From the IMG/VR virus record IMGVR_UViG_3300028388_004772, positions 32,001 to 96,000 of that record: 64,000 nt of DNA; one strand, written 5' to 3'. Of this stretch, positions 1 through 10,766 are shown piece after piece. How positions within the stretch are numbered: the first letter of the stretch is position 1; each line of letters begins with the position of its first letter. The translations under genes were made by a program, and so were the position numbers. The notes beneath the pieces were generated by a model that searched no databases, was not told the DNA's origin, and saw only the letters and a list, made by a program, of their open reading frames with translations. The stretch is from a virus.

Positions 1-348
1 GGCTGTTGCACTGAATGTAATAGGATCACCGTCAGAATCAGTTGCGGTTATAGTAATTGTAGTAACGGCTCCAGCTGTGTCAAGTGTAAATGGTGTTACT
101 CCACCGTTACTATCTTCGACTGATAATATTGCTGGTGATCTATTAACTAACGCAACATTGTACCATCCAGATCCTTCCCAGATATACAGTCTATCATTTG
201 ATTTGACAAATGCTCTATCACCAGCACTATTACCTATATACGGCAATGAACTGACGTCATCATACAGCGGGACAGCACCAGGAGTTGTTCCAGCAACAGA
301 CTGTGTATCGGCTATTACTGTACTTTTATAACTTGAAAAAGTTGTCAT
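1..348 (-). CDS. Virion accessory protein, N-terminal part (runs off the window); paralog of 364..2073
   Basis: Not in the ORF track. Manual translation from ATG at 348 gives MTTFSSYKSTVIADTQSVAGTTPGAVPLYDDVSSLP...AFVKSNDRLYIWEGSGWYNVALVNRSP, which aligns with the N-terminus of the 569-aa neighbour. Confidence 0.8.
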   Translation of the reverse strand, partial: MTTFSSYKSTVIADTQSVAGTTPGAVPLYDDVSSLPYIGNSAGDRAFVKSNDRLYIWEGSGWYNVALVNRSPAILSVEDSNGGVTPFTLDTAGAVTTITITATDSDGDPITFSATA

Positions 349-363
349 TTTATTGAATAACTC

Positions 364-2073
364 CTATGATACTGCGGTATTATTAAGTATATATGTTGAA
401 CCAGCATTGGAACCTTCATCATCCTCATCTGGAGCTCCTACTACGACAGTATCTCCATCAACTGAAACTGAGTATCCAAATACATCATTTGCTTGTAAAT
501 CATCTGGGGAGAACGCGGTCTCTTCCGTTACATATATTGTGTTACCATCAAACTCATAAGTAAACACATAGATTTTACCACCGTAAATACCATCCTCTGT
601 ATGATAAGGGGCTCCTACTACAAATCTGTTATTCGCTGTGTCTAGTTCAACCCAATGGCCAAAACGAGCGCTAGCTGTGTAATCTGATGCGACAACGCGG
701 GCCCTAAAAGAAAAGGCGCCACCTGACCCATCCCATATATAAACAGCCCCACAATCAAACACACCAGATTCATCGTCTCTAGGAGCCCCGGCTATTATCA
801 ACCATCTATTAGCATCAGGCCGTTTATCTAAATCAACAGAGTATCCTAACCAAGCGGAAGTTGACGGAGTACTTGATGTAAGTTTTACTCGCTCGGTAAA
901 GGTACTACCTGATCGAGTATAAACATAGACTGCACCTGCGTCAACAGTTGATCCAGCTTCATCTTTGTAAGCTCCCACAGCCGCATATCCAGTTCCATGA
1001 TGTCCAACAGCATGGCCAAACTCTGTGATGGATTTGTTAATTCTGTCCTGTTCGCTCCAGTTGGTTACAGACCGTTTATAAACATAAGCTGAGTTATTAC
1101 CTGCCGCTCCCACAATTAACCATTCACCATTTAAATCTATACTTGCGCGCCCTGCCGTTGTGCCGCCAAAACTTATACCAGTGCTCGGGCTTCCCTCTGA
1201 AGGTACAACTTTTGCCTGTTGAGACCAGGTAGATCCGGATCTATAAAAAATGTAAGCGGCGCCAGCCGTACCATGGCCAGGTGCACTGACTGCTATGTAA
1301 TCACCATCAATTCCGACACCGGTTCCAAAATAATCGTCACTTACAATATCATTTGGAAGTAGTTTAGTCTGCTGAGACCAGTTTCCATTACCATCTCTGG
1401 CAAAAACATAAGCTGCACCAGATCTGTTTCCGTTTTCGTCCCGCTCGGGGGCCCCAATAACCATATAGTCCCCTGATACTGAGACAGAACGTCCAAATAC
1501 ATCACCGGCTAGAATATCACTTCCTTGAATCTTATCTGTTTGAAGCCATCCAAATGATAAAGTAAACGTTTGAGCTGCAGATGACGCGATATTAATACCG
1601 TCAGTTGCTGTGAATGTAATTGTTCCTGATGTAGTAGTTGCTGAGTCCACGCCAAACGGTGTAATAGTAAATACAGACGAATCCTGACTAAGCGAAGCAA
1701 GACTATTGAAGTTACTGTCTGGTGTTGCTGAATATGTAATTAGTCTATCATCAGAATCAGCTGCAGTAATAGTAATCGTTGTAAGATTTCCTTCCGTTGA
1801 CAGCTCAAAAGGAGAAGTACCTCCGGCACTATCTTGTACTGATGTTATCGTCGGAGATCTGTTGATCATCACAACACTGAACCATCCACTTCCATCATAA
1901 ATGTAATATCGATTATTCGAATTTACAAATGCTTCTTGACCATTAGAAACACCTACTCGAGGCAGTTCACCTATCGAATCATATATTGGTACTTGGGCCT
2001 CAGGTGTTGTCCCAGCATTTGCCTGAGAAACAGTAATGATATTATTTTTAAAATTCGAAAAATTACCCATCAA
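364..2073 (-). CDS. FG-GAP repeat (beta-propeller) virion protein with N-terminal adaptor and cadherin/Ig-like domain
   Basis: Repeated FG.SV...GD..V.GAP..D...GAAYVF blades; N-terminal YDS..ELP...GSGWF motif shared with other genes in the window. Confidence 0.8.
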   Translation of the reverse strand: MMGNFSNFKNNIITVSQANAGTTPEAQVPIYDSIGELPRVGVSNGQEAFVNSNNRYYIYDGSGWFSVVMINRSPTITSVQDSAGGTSPFELSTEGNLTTITITAADSDDRLITYSATPDSNFNSLASLSQDSSVFTITPFGVDSATTTSGTITFTATDGINIASSAAQTFTLSFGWLQTDKIQGSDILAGDVFGRSVSVSGDYMVIGAPERDENGNRSGAAYVFARDGNGNWSQQTKLLPNDIVSDDYFGTGVGIDGDYIAVSAPGHGTAGAAYIFYRSGSTWSQQAKVVPSEGSPSTGISFGGTTAGRASIDLNGEWLIVGAAGNNSAYVYKRSVTNWSEQDRINKSITEFGHAVGHHGTGYAAVGAYKDEAGSTVDAGAVYVYTRSGSTFTERVKLTSSTPSTSAWLGYSVDLDKRPDANRWLIIAGAPRDDESGVFDCGAVYIWDGSGGAFSFRARVVASDYTASARFGHWVELDTANNRFVVGAPYHTEDGIYGGKIYVFTYEFDGNTIYVTEETAFSPDDLQANDVFGYSVSVDGDTVVVGAPDEDDEGSNAGSTYILNNTAVS

Positions 2074-5000
2074 CTATTACCAGTCACAATCCAACCTTCT
2101 GAAGCATTGTAATATACTAAATCAACAAATGCTCGATTGACATCAAGAATAAAGTCTGAATCCGATCCAAGAATCTTATCACTACTTGTAATTGTAATAT
2201 TGTTTGTCTCTGCATCTCCTGTTCCATCACCAACCTTAACCTCATCACCAAAAGATGGAGAAGATGGTAGTGTAATAGTAACAGCTGTCGTAGTATCAAC
2301 GATATATTTCTTATTGACAACTGCTGTAATATCAGTAGTTGCCTCTTGATACATTCCTGTTAGGAAGTTTGTGATGAAAGTCTCAGTACTACCAGTCGCG
2401 ACTGAAACACTGACATAGTCACCAGATACACACGCATCTTCCAACGTAACTGACAATCCATTTGTTGCTGTGTAGTCAGCCGAATCAATTAACAGAATAC
2501 CGTTTCTGAATACCTGTATTCTACCTTGGGTATATGATAGTGTTTGACTGCTCAGATCAGCTCCATCGAATGTTACTTGATCTGAATCAGCAAGGTAATT
2601 GTATGTAATTATATTCGACGATGGTGTAGCTGCTAAATTAGTAGTCGTATTGACAGACATAATGCTAAGAATATCATCTGTCTGTGCAGCTTCTGTTAGA
2701 ACAACTGATGTTCCGGTTGTTGCAGTATAGTCAGCTGAGTCTGCCAAGAATAGACCATTAAGATAAACAGCAATATTTCCTGGATTATAGGTCAGTGTTG
2801 CTCCTCGATTATCCCCACCAGAGAATACAGTTTGTCCATTTGCTGCTGTAAAGTCAAACGTATTAACAACACCATTCTGATTATCAAGGATACCAAGAAC
2901 ACCGGCTGAATCCAGTCCGCCACCAGCACCACCGCCACCACTAATTGTAATAGTCTTAGTAGCCCCTGTACCTGACGCTGTTACCCCATCGCCAACAAAG
3001 TTCAGAGTTGTTCCAGCTGTTGCAAGCGGAGTACCTTCATCCTGAATTGTGACACCGCTACCAGCAGTCGTTTGCCTTGCCTGTACGTATGCTGAGTCAA
3101 CTGTTGCATTAATAATAGTTACAACTGTTGCTGAATCAGTACCACCTGATCCTCCACTAACTGTAGACTGTCTGGCTTGAATGTAATCTGAATCGATCAA
3201 CGAAATCACTTCGCCAGAGTTTAGATACCCCTGTGTTGCAATCAAACTAATCGCTTCGCCAGAGTCTAACGCGTCTGTTAGATACCCTTGTGTTGCAATC
3301 AAGCTAATTACTTCAGCTGAATCGAGGAATGAGGTGTCGCTTAATAATACAATATTTCCAACCATTCCAGCATGAATAGTACACTGATACACTAGTGTTT
3401 CAGGTGCATTCATTGGAACATTGAAGATCAACTCTCCATTGTTTTGAGCATTATTAGTAACGCCTGTGCTATATGCTGATCCGCCGTCACTAACTCTAAT
3501 CTCAAACGGATGCGATACAGCATCAATGTTAAACTTATAGGTGAGACCTCTTTGAAGATAGAGAGTTGGATTATCAGCTGAGTCAAATCCATCACCAGTA
3601 AATCTATATGCAGATGCTCCGCTATTAACTACATTGAATACTGCCTCAGGTGGTCTACGCGCCTCAATATAGTCAGAATCAATAAGTGATATTGTATTGG
3701 CTGAATCGAATGTCGTATATCCAGCATCGTTAGTTAAATCACTAACTGACTTATTGTTGAAGTCGGAGTCAAATCCAACGTACGTACCTTCGAAGGCACC
3801 TGCTTGGACTATAGCAAGTTCAAACGATGCATCAGCAGTATTGATTGTTCCTTCTATTTCAGGATCATATTTGTTAAAGAACTTAAACTTCTGGTCAGTT
3901 GCATCTCTGAATACACCAGCGTGAGTGTATGGTGCATTAGGAAGATTGTAATTACCAACAAATCCAAGATCGACATTTACAGGAGCCGCATCACCGGTCC
4001 AACGATCACCGCTATCATGACCCGTAACAGCCTCAAAATCAAATGTGATGTTGTACCGAAGTGGAATATTTGTATTTCCGTCAGTACCAAGTTGCCATGT
4101 TGTCTGACCGCCCGCCGAATCAAATCCTAAACCAGCTGAATCAGTGCCCAGATACCATTTAATTGTATCTCCACCAGCACCTTCTGAATCTGTTGCAACA
4201 ATCTCGACATTGTATGTGAGGTTGCTGTCACCTTCATAATAATCTTTAAATAAACCATCATCAAGGCCTGTTCCAACATGGCTAGTAATAATTGTATCAC
4301 CGGCACCAAGATATACAAAGTTGTCAGTAACACGAAGATTAGCAACTTGAGTTACTGTTTCAGCACCGAGAAGGTTAAAGTTTCCTTCGACAGTTAAATC
4401 ACCACCAATTCTAGCTTCGCCAGTAGTTCGAATTACCTCAAAAACATGATCAATAATATTAATGAAAACCGTGCCCTCGGCTGAATCAATAACCAGAGCA
4501 TAGCCTAAATCTACAGCAAAGTTAGGATATGTCGGAGCAGTTTTCTGGAATGTACCTGCAACTGTTCCTACATGAAATCTTTCACCAGAAGTAAGACCAG
4601 TCGTATTGATACCATTGACAACTCCCTTTGTTGTTACATATCCTATTTCATTATTACCTATTTCATGAGTAGCAAGGCCTATTGCGTGAACCTTTGGCTC
4701 ATCTGTAGCATCAGCAAGATCAATTGTAGGAATACCATTGTCCTGTCCTGTTATGTAAACAGGAGCTCCATTTGCAATAGCTGTACCTGTATTATTCTTT
4801 ACTCTTAGCCATTCTTCTTGGCCGACCTGTAGAGTAACATCTTGCTCATTATTGTAAACAGCAAGTGCCCCATTGGCTGAATCATAGAATATTCTGCCTT
4901 CGCGATGATCTGGCTCAGAACCAGTAAAGTCAATAAAGTTGTGGTTTTTTGTTTCTCTTAATTGAACATATGCTGAGTCAATAAAATCAATTACATTGGC

Positions 5001-6290
5001 TGAATCCAGTACATTAGGTCTTCCAGTAAGTGAACTATATGCAAAATCTTGTCTTGCTTGGACATACGCCGAATTAACTAAACCAATGGTACTTGTAGAA
5101 TCAAAGGTCGTGTATCCATAAGACGTGATAATACTATTGACGTTTGTGGAATCCAGTACGTTAGGAGCACCAGTTAAACTTGAGTATGCAAAGTCCTGAG
5201 CAGTTTGTCTTTGTTGTACATAAGCCGAATCCACAAGTGATGTGACATCGGCTGTAATAATCGACGATACATTAGATGAATCCAGTACATTAGGTGCACC
5301 AGTTAAACTTGAGTAGGCAAAGTCCTGAGCTGTTTGTCTTTGTTGTACATATGCTGAGTCTACTAAGTTTACAACACCTGTAGAGTCAATCTTATCCCCT
5401 ATGAAATTAATTAAGGTGGCATAAGCTGAATCATCATCATTTAAGGCAGCAGCAATCTCATTTAAAGTATTCAGAGCATCAGGTGCCCCATCAATGAGAT
5501 TGTTAATTTGAGTTGTTACATATGTTTGTGTAGCATATGAAGTTAAAGCCGAATCAACAATAATAGTAACAGCAGCTGAATCTGCAAACCCCAAAGAAGG
5601 TTTATTGGATAATAGATTATAATCTAATCCAGTAGCATGGAGTTGGACGTAAGCTGAATCAACAACACTCTGGATTCTTGCAGAGTCACCACCGAAAGTA
5701 GTGACAATTAATGTATCCCCAGAGTCTGCTGCTTCAGTAAGAACAACTGTGGATCCATTTGTAGCTGTATAGTCCTCGCCGTTTAAAAGTATAATACCGT
5801 TAAGAGTGACTAATAAAGCACCTGGAACATAGGCAGCCGAAAAGTCAGTTTGACTTGCACTTGCCGTAAAGGATGTTTCGGTAATTCCAACACGACCTAA
5901 TGGGTCAATTAATCCAGCAACGTATCCGGAGTCGACTACTTCATTAATAATCTGAGTTGTTACAGCAGAGTCTGTGGATAAGTTTGCCGTGGAAATTGAT
6001 AATACATCAGCTGAATCAAGGACGTTTGGCGTGTCTGTTAAACTATTGTAACTTAACCCGAAAGCATGCAATTGCACATAATCAGAGTCAATTAATGCTG
6101 TGGTATCGATACCATCAATTAGATTCTGTACTAATGCAGAATCGATAAAAGACTTGACTTGATTCGAGGAATTCTTATAGTAAATTTTACCATCAGCAAA
6201 GTTGATGGCAATTTCACCATATTCTAGATCGCTAGTACTAGGAATCCGTCCAGCAACACTAGACTTCTTTAGTTTAATGTTAGTAGCCAT
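2070..6290 (-). CDS. Long tail fibre / virion structural protein, 1406 aa
   Basis: N-terminal IKLKKSS..G..P...L.YGE.AIN..DGK fibre motif; GAPDALNTLNEIAAAL motif; internal repeats; cupredoxin-like LVYQCTIHAGMVG segment; repeated V..NG..L....DYTAT.G.SVVL domains. Confidence 0.75.
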   Translation of the reverse strand: MATNIKLKKSSVAGRIPSTSDLEYGEIAINFADGKIYYKNSSNQVKSFIDSALVQNLIDGIDTTALIDSDYVQLHAFGLSYNSLTDTPNVLDSADVLSISTANLSTDSAVTTQIINEVVDSGYVAGLIDPLGRVGITETSFTASASQTDFSAAYVPGALLVTLNGIILLNGEDYTATNGSTVVLTEAADSGDTLIVTTFGGDSARIQSVVDSAYVQLHATGLDYNLLSNKPSLGFADSAAVTIIVDSALTSYATQTYVTTQINNLIDGAPDALNTLNEIAAALNDDDSAYATLINFIGDKIDSTGVVNLVDSAYVQQRQTAQDFAYSSLTGAPNVLDSSNVSSIITADVTSLVDSAYVQQRQTAQDFAYSSLTGAPNVLDSTNVNSIITSYGYTTFDSTSTIGLVNSAYVQARQDFAYSSLTGRPNVLDSANVIDFIDSAYVQLRETKNHNFIDFTGSEPDHREGRIFYDSANGALAVYNNEQDVTLQVGQEEWLRVKNNTGTAIANGAPVYITGQDNGIPTIDLADATDEPKVHAIGLATHEIGNNEIGYVTTKGVVNGINTTGLTSGERFHVGTVAGTFQKTAPTYPNFAVDLGYALVIDSAEGTVFINIIDHVFEVIRTTGEARIGGDLTVEGNFNLLGAETVTQVANLRVTDNFVYLGAGDTIITSHVGTGLDDGLFKDYYEGDSNLTYNVEIVATDSEGAGGDTIKWYLGTDSAGLGFDSAGGQTTWQLGTDGNTNIPLRYNITFDFEAVTGHDSGDRWTGDAAPVNVDLGFVGNYNLPNAPYTHAGVFRDATDQKFKFFNKYDPEIEGTINTADASFELAIVQAGAFEGTYVGFDSDFNNKSVSDLTNDAGYTTFDSANTISLIDSDYIEARRPPEAVFNVVNSGASAYRFTGDGFDSADNPTLYLQRGLTYKFNIDAVSHPFEIRVSDGGSAYSTGVTNNAQNNGELIFNVPMNAPETLVYQCTIHAGMVGNIVLLSDTSFLDSAEVISLIATQGYLTDALDSGEAISLIATQGYLNSGEVISLIDSDYIQARQSTVSGGSGGTDSATVVTIINATVDSAYVQARQTTAGSGVTIQDEGTPLATAGTTLNFVGDGVTASGTGATKTITISGGGGAGGGLDSAGVLGILDNQNGVVNTFDFTAANGQTVFSGGDNRGATLTYNPGNIAVYLNGLFLADSADYTATTGTSVVLTEAAQTDDILSIMSVNTTTNLAATPSSNIITYNYLADSDQVTFDGADLSSQTLSYTQGRIQVFRNGILLIDSADYTATNGLSVTLEDACVSGDYVSVSVATGSTETFITNFLTGMYQEATTDITAVVNKKYIVDTTTAVTITLPSSPSFGDEVKVGDGTGDAETNNITITSSDKILGSDSDFILDVNRAFVDLVYYNASEGWIVTGNS
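5001..5365 (-). repeat. Internal tandem repeat, ~129-nt period (VDSAYVQQRQTAQDFAYSSLTGAPNVLDS x2 plus a shorter third copy)
   Basis: Near-identical DNA at ~5149-5234 and ~5278-5363; degenerate copy at ~5001-5075. Confidence 0.85.
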
Positions 6291-6315
6291 TTTAGTCCTT
6301 AATAAGGGAGTTTAG

Positions 6316-6341
6316 AGTCTGGGAGTAAAAACCCCCAGACT
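6316..6341. other. Intergenic inverted repeat (hairpin) between two fibre genes
   Basis: agtctggg...cccagact; no U-tract on the coding (-) strand, so not a clear intrinsic terminator. Confidence 0.5.
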
Positions 6342-6347
6342 TATTAT

Positions 6348-8090
6348 TTAGTAAGTTCCACCATCCACTGTTTCAATGGATACTAATCCACCTGATACAT
6401 TGAAGCTTGCAGAATCAAATGATGCTGTACCACGCTGCGCAGTTGTAGCAGCTACCGCATTAAATGTAATCTGACCATCTGAATCAGCAGTTGTTGTAAT
6501 ACCTGAGGTTGCATTACCAGCAAATGTAATACCTTCACCAACCGACAATGCACTTGCACCAGATCCTGTAGTGATTGTAATATCATTAGCTACAACATCA
6601 CCATTTGTTACAGTGAAGTTAGTAGCATTAAAGCTTGCAATACCTTTGTTTGTATCAGATGCATCCTCACCTGCAATGGTATATGTTCCAGCACTATCAG
6701 TGATGTCAATACCTTCACCAGCAACTAATGCAGCTCCTAAATCTGAATCAAATCCCTGATAATCCCCAACTAGTGTATTACCTTGTAAGTTTGTCGCGTA
6801 GATATTACCGACATTCAGATCTGATAAAGTAAAGCCAGTACCATTTCTGTCAATTACGTTAGTTGGTAAAGAAGAATCAAGGGCTGAATCAATTAGTCCA
6901 TTAAAAAGATAATATTGTGAGTTCGATGCATCCCGGAAGAAACCAGTATGTGCCTTTGTAGCTCCACCATCAGGAGAGTAGTGAGCCACAAAACCAATAT
7001 CCACCACATCGGAAGTTTCATTACTATCGGCAAGATGAAGTAATGGATCCGTTACTGAGTAGGTGATGGTGTTAACAGTAGTAGTTGTACCATTAACAGT
7101 CAAGTCTCCGTCAACAGTAAGGTCTGTACCTACAAGTACAGATCCAGTTGTTGTGATTGAATCAAACGTCACCCCAGCATCTGTTGCGACCGACTGACCG
7201 ATTGCAACTTGACCATCAGTAATTGTAACACCAGTACCATTAGAGAAGTGTGCTCTGACTTCTGCTGGAGAAGGTCCAGTGTAAGTAAATTGTCCACTAG
7301 CAGAATCATATGTAAATGATCCGTCTCCACCAGCATCTACGACACTAAGATTATTACGAGCAAGAGCAATTGTACCATTAGAATCAATCGCTTGGTTAAC
7401 TGCAATAGTAGATACAGCCGTAACAACACCAGTGCTAGTAACTGTAACAACAGGAATTTCAACTGCTGAACCAAATGTACCAACGTTGGTATTGACAGAG
7501 TCAAGTGCATATGAAACAGATGTACCAGATGCAGTTGCTGTTAAACCTACACCCGTAAATGTAAGATCTGAGTTCGCAAGTGATACTGATCCTGATCCAG
7601 CATCACCAGCTGTAAGTAATGTAATTCCAGAACCACCAGTAATTCCGTCAACATAGCCTTTGGTTGCTGCATCTGTTGCTGACTGAGGAGCTCCTAGATT
7701 AACAATTAATGCACTGTTGACGTCAACACTACCAGTACCATTTGGATCAAGTGAAATATCACCATTAGCATTGGTAGAGCTAATTGTATTACCGTCAACT
7801 GTAATATTGTCGACTAGTAACTCGTTTAGCTTCTTACTTCCATCAACAATTAGCGCGCTTGATGCAGTAGTAGTGCCAGGAGTATGATCCAATAGACCAG
7901 TATAATATTCACCACCAATTTGTACAACCGAGGTGGCATTTCCTGACCCATCATCGCCCTTACCAAAATAAAGTCGATCACCGCCATTAGCATCAGTACC
8001 AGCGCCATATGAATAGGCTAGTTCGCCTGATTTAAGCGAACCAGGTGCGCTGGTGCCGGTTGATCGCTTAATTTTTATAATTGACGACAT
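6348..8090 (-). CDS. Tail fibre-like structural protein, 580 aa
   Basis: N-terminal IKIKRS.G..AP..L..GELAYS fibre motif; DAATKGYVD motif; G/T/S/D-rich; C-terminal DGGTY. Confidence 0.7.
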   Translation of the reverse strand: MSSIIKIKRSTGTSAPGSLKSGELAYSYGAGTDANGGDRLYFGKGDDGSGNATSVVQIGGEYYTGLLDHTPGTTTASSALIVDGSKKLNELLVDNITVDGNTISSTNANGDISLDPNGTGSVDVNSALIVNLGAPQSATDAATKGYVDGITGGSGITLLTAGDAGSGSVSLANSDLTFTGVGLTATASGTSVSYALDSVNTNVGTFGSAVEIPVVTVTSTGVVTAVSTIAVNQAIDSNGTIALARNNLSVVDAGGDGSFTYDSASGQFTYTGPSPAEVRAHFSNGTGVTITDGQVAIGQSVATDAGVTFDSITTTGSVLVGTDLTVDGDLTVNGTTTTVNTITYSVTDPLLHLADSNETSDVVDIGFVAHYSPDGGATKAHTGFFRDASNSQYYLFNGLIDSALDSSLPTNVIDRNGTGFTLSDLNVGNIYATNLQGNTLVGDYQGFDSDLGAALVAGEGIDITDSAGTYTIAGEDASDTNKGIASFNATNFTVTNGDVVANDITITTGSGASALSVGEGITFAGNATSGITTTADSDGQITFNAVAATTAQRGTASFDSASFNVSGGLVSIETVDGGTY

Positions 8091-8425
8091 TAGTAAAAGC
8101 CTCCGTCAGTCGTTACATTTTGATCATCGTTTGGTGTATCAAGTTGTGTACTTGGTACCCATCTTTGATTGGCAGAATCATATTGCAATAATCCGCCGTT
8201 TGTTAAACCAGTCAAAACAACATCATTTAAATCTGCTAGGTTAGTGGCTCCGCCTCCGCCGCCACCACCCGATACTGTGGTAAAGGTTAAGTTGCCGTTA
8301 CCATCAGTAGTTAAAACCTGTCCATCAGTTCCATCAGTCGTGGGAAACGATAGACCTCCAATTGTCGCTGAGTCAGTAACAACCAGGGCACCTTCAATTT
8401 TAAAGGGTTTCCTCACTGCTGCCAC
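8090..8425 (-). CDS. Small fibre-associated protein
   Basis: [17 protein letters not shown] and LADLNDV fibre motifs, poly-Gly linker, ends DGGFY; GTG start with GAGGAG SD, downstream of a late promoter. Confidence 0.7.
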   Translation of the reverse strand: MAAVRKPFKIEGALVVTDSATIGGLSFPTTDGTDGQVLTTDGNGNLTFTTVSGGGGGGGATNLADLNDVVLTGLTNGGLLQYDSANQRWVPSTQLDTPNDDQNVTTDGGFY

Positions 8426-8452
8426 GATAGACTCCTCGACTGTTGTAATGTA

Positions 8453-8460
8453 TATTTATA
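8453..8460 (-). promoter_or_regulatory. T4-type late promoter TATAAATA
   Basis: Exact match in the intergenic gap upstream of 8425. Confidence 0.8.
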
Positions 8461-8469
8461 TAAAAACAT

Positions 8470-9402
8470 TTATATACCGCTTATCAATCTCTTGGCTTTG
8501 ACAGAAACATTAAATGTACTAGGCGTAAATAGTAAACTTACTTGATCATTATCGGTATCGATAACAGCATCAAAAGAACCCAAGTCTTGTCCTGTAAATA
8601 ATTTTGCAAATTCTTGTATATACACTTCTGAGCTGTCATGGATTAATAGGATTTCAGCTGCACCAAATTGGTTACTTGCATTTTGTTCCATTTGGATAAA
8701 ATACTTAGCGGAGCGTTGGGTGGCCGTCGAGAATGTATCAAGAACTTCTTGGGTAATCCCACCAAAATCTTGATCAACAACACTACTAAGATTCTCAGCG
8801 GCCAGACCTCCAGCACCACCAGTGATCGTACCAACTTCTTGTTCCACAATACCAAAGGCATTGACCTGTTGAATACTTAACGAGCCACCCTCATCCTTCA
8901 GTGCCAAACTACCAATGTAAAGGGTGTTTCCTGTTAACCATAGATCTTTCCATCTATTGGTTGGACTACCAAGAGATCTAACAACATCAGCGTCTGGGAT
9001 CAGGTCTGTATCAATTGAATCGAAATTTTGTCGAGTCTTGATATAGTCAGAATCGATAATGTCACTAATTGGAAATTCAGCTGATGTAATAACTCGACCA
9101 AAATCATCTACCTCAATTAGGGGTATAGTAGTCGTACCACCAAAGGTACCGGCTGATCCGAGATTAGGTAAATTGATCGACAGTGTGTTTGTGGCGCTAT
9201 CGTACGTTTCGTTAATCTCACCACCGACAGCTAATCTAGAACTCGTGTACTTTCCTGTATTAGAGTCATATACAAAAATGTCAAGATGCTGTCTATCAGT
9301 GGCATCAAAATCTGTAATCGAAGTGATGCTCTGCTGTGCTCCTGATACACTTCTAACAGGAGTACCGACTACAATTTTTTTAACAATAGTTTTGGCTGTC
9401 AT
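8470..9402 (-). CDS. Virion structural protein (fibre-like)
   Basis: LIPD......LGSPTNRWKDLWL motif and C-terminal LDTF.....RSAKY.IQ domain, both typical of T4-like marine phage virion proteins. Confidence 0.6.
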   Translation of the reverse strand: MTAKTIVKKIVVGTPVRSVSGAQQSITSITDFDATDRQHLDIFVYDSNTGKYTSSRLAVGGEINETYDSATNTLSINLPNLGSAGTFGGTTTIPLIEVDDFGRVITSAEFPISDIIDSDYIKTRQNFDSIDTDLIPDADVVRSLGSPTNRWKDLWLTGNTLYIGSLALKDEGGSLSIQQVNAFGIVEQEVGTITGGAGGLAAENLSSVVDQDFGGITQEVLDTFSTATQRSAKYFIQMEQNASNQFGAAEILLIHDSSEVYIQEFAKLFTGQDLGSFDAVIDTDNDQVSLLFTPSTFNVSVKAKRLISGI

Positions 9403-9405
9403 GTA

Positions 9406-9759
9406 TTACCTCGTGACAGATGGTGTAACTTGAGCACGACCTTCTAGTATACGTTCGATTATTGTATTGTCATCGCTATCAGTGTACGAAAGCTCAACAT
9501 CATACACGTATCTTCCCTTTGTCAGAGCATCCGTTTGGGTATTAGTTAACGAAAGGGTAACAATTCCTAAGGTAGGGGGCGTTGCAATAAGAGTGGTGAA
9601 ATCAGTGGTTTCGTCACTGTCACTATTATAGTTTTTCTTAAGCTTAGCTGCAACTAAGTAATTGGTGAGATCTTTGACGGAGCCATCTACATTGACTAAA
9701 TGCAATTCGATCGCTAGATCAGTTCCCTGATCTATTGTAAATTCTTCGTAGGTGGCCAT
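9406..9759 (-). CDS. Small Ig-like virion protein (IDQG...GRYVYDVE family)
   Basis: IDQGTD...LSLTNTQT..L..GRYVYDVEL...RILEG...VTPSVTR; follows a late promoter. Confidence 0.65.
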   Translation of the reverse strand: MATYEEFTIDQGTDLAIELHLVNVDGSVKDLTNYLVAAKLKKNYNSDSDETTDFTTLIATPPTLGIVTLSLTNTQTDALTKGRYVYDVELSYTDSDDNTIIERILEGRAQVTPSVTR

Positions 9760-9810
9760 GAATACCTCAGTAATTCTTTGTCGGACGTTATTGCCCCTGC
9801 CTTTAGTATT

Positions 9811-9818
9811 TATTTATA
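9811..9818 (-). promoter_or_regulatory. T4-type late promoter TATAAATA
   Basis: Exact match upstream of 9759, right after the last gene of the enzyme cluster. Confidence 0.8.
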
Positions 9819-9829
9819 AAAAAAAGAAT

Positions 9830-10390
9830 TTACATTTGAAGAAAAATGTCAACAGGAATAGCTAATCTTAATTGAGATGTATATTGTTTGACATAGTGAT
9901 ATACATAACCAGGAAAAATTAAAACATCTCCCGTCTGAGGTTTATGTTCTATGGAAGCAAAATCATTTATGAATGGCGGCATAAATCCTCTGTTAGCGTT
10001 GAAGCGAGGGTCTTGCATAACAATTTCTCCGCCTGAGTCTTGTTCTTCGGCCATTATATAAAATACAGAAACAAATTGAGATCCACTATGGTTATGAGTC
10101 GCCATATTGTATCCATTTGTAGTTCCTGTTAACCATGCTTTGAGCGAAAAGTCAATAGTGTCTAAATCAAAGTTATAAACGTCTTTGAAAAAGTCACTAT
10201 ACTTTTCAGTAGCTACTTCTTTCAATAATGGTGCAGTTTCTATTAGATTAGACGTCCAATCACCCTGAGGTTTAGTGACATCTTCAGTTGATAATACAGA
10301 AGTTGCAATTTGGTCACAAACTTGGTAATCGATAGATGTCTTATAGATTGGTGTAGACCAGGCTTTATTTAAGCCCGCATTCAGCTTCAT
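9830..10390 (-). CDS. 2OG-Fe(II) oxygenase-like protein (HxH type)
   Basis: HNHSGSQFVSVFY...GGEIV..DPR...GDVLIFPGYVYHYV...RLAI. Confidence 0.8.
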   Translation of the reverse strand: MKLNAGLNKAWSTPIYKTSIDYQVCDQIATSVLSTEDVTKPQGDWTSNLIETAPLLKEVATEKYSDFFKDVYNFDLDTIDFSLKAWLTGTTNGYNMATHNHSGSQFVSVFYIMAEEQDSGGEIVMQDPRFNANRGFMPPFINDFASIEHKPQTGDVLIFPGYVYHYVKQYTSQLRLAIPVDIFLQM

Positions 10391-10766
10391 AGTATTTCCT
10401 TACATCTGGTACCATTCCTTTTGTTGGTATAATTGGTACTTGATCTAAAATAGCATCATATGTTTCAGGATCTAAGTCATAAGGTACGAAGTATGGATCG
10501 TTTCCGTAAAGAAGTTCGGGATCATTCAGTAACTGATAAAAGTCTTCTCCATAATCTTCACAAATCCATGTAGCATAACAAATAGCAACAAAATATGATT
10601 TAGCAGGGTAAATCCATTCTGAGACATTTTCATAAAAATGTTTTACTGCATCCCCTACAATATCTTGTGAGTTAATTATATTAACTTTATTAAGATCATC
10701 ATTATAGTCTTTGTTTAGACGATGATATATCTCTTGTTTGATTTTCCATAACTTCATACCATTCAA
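10365..10766 (-). CDS. Hypothetical protein in the radical SAM cluster
   Basis: Overlaps both neighbours; no motif recognised; start may be Met4. Confidence 0.7.
   Translation of the reverse strand: MNGMKLWKIKQEIYHRLNKDYNDDLNKVNIINSQDIVGDAVKHFYENVSEWIYPAKSYFVAICYATWICEDYGEDFYQLLNDPELLYGNDPYFVPYDLDPETYDAILDQVPIIPTKGMVPDVRKYYEAECGLK

Noticed and set aside
5001-5365. CRISPR array or DGR template/variable repeat
   Set aside because: Repeats are in-frame coding units differing mainly at synonymous positions; no cas or reverse transcriptase gene in the window
6316-6341. Rho-independent terminator
   Set aside because: Good stem but no U-tract on the transcribed strand; left as an unassigned hairpin
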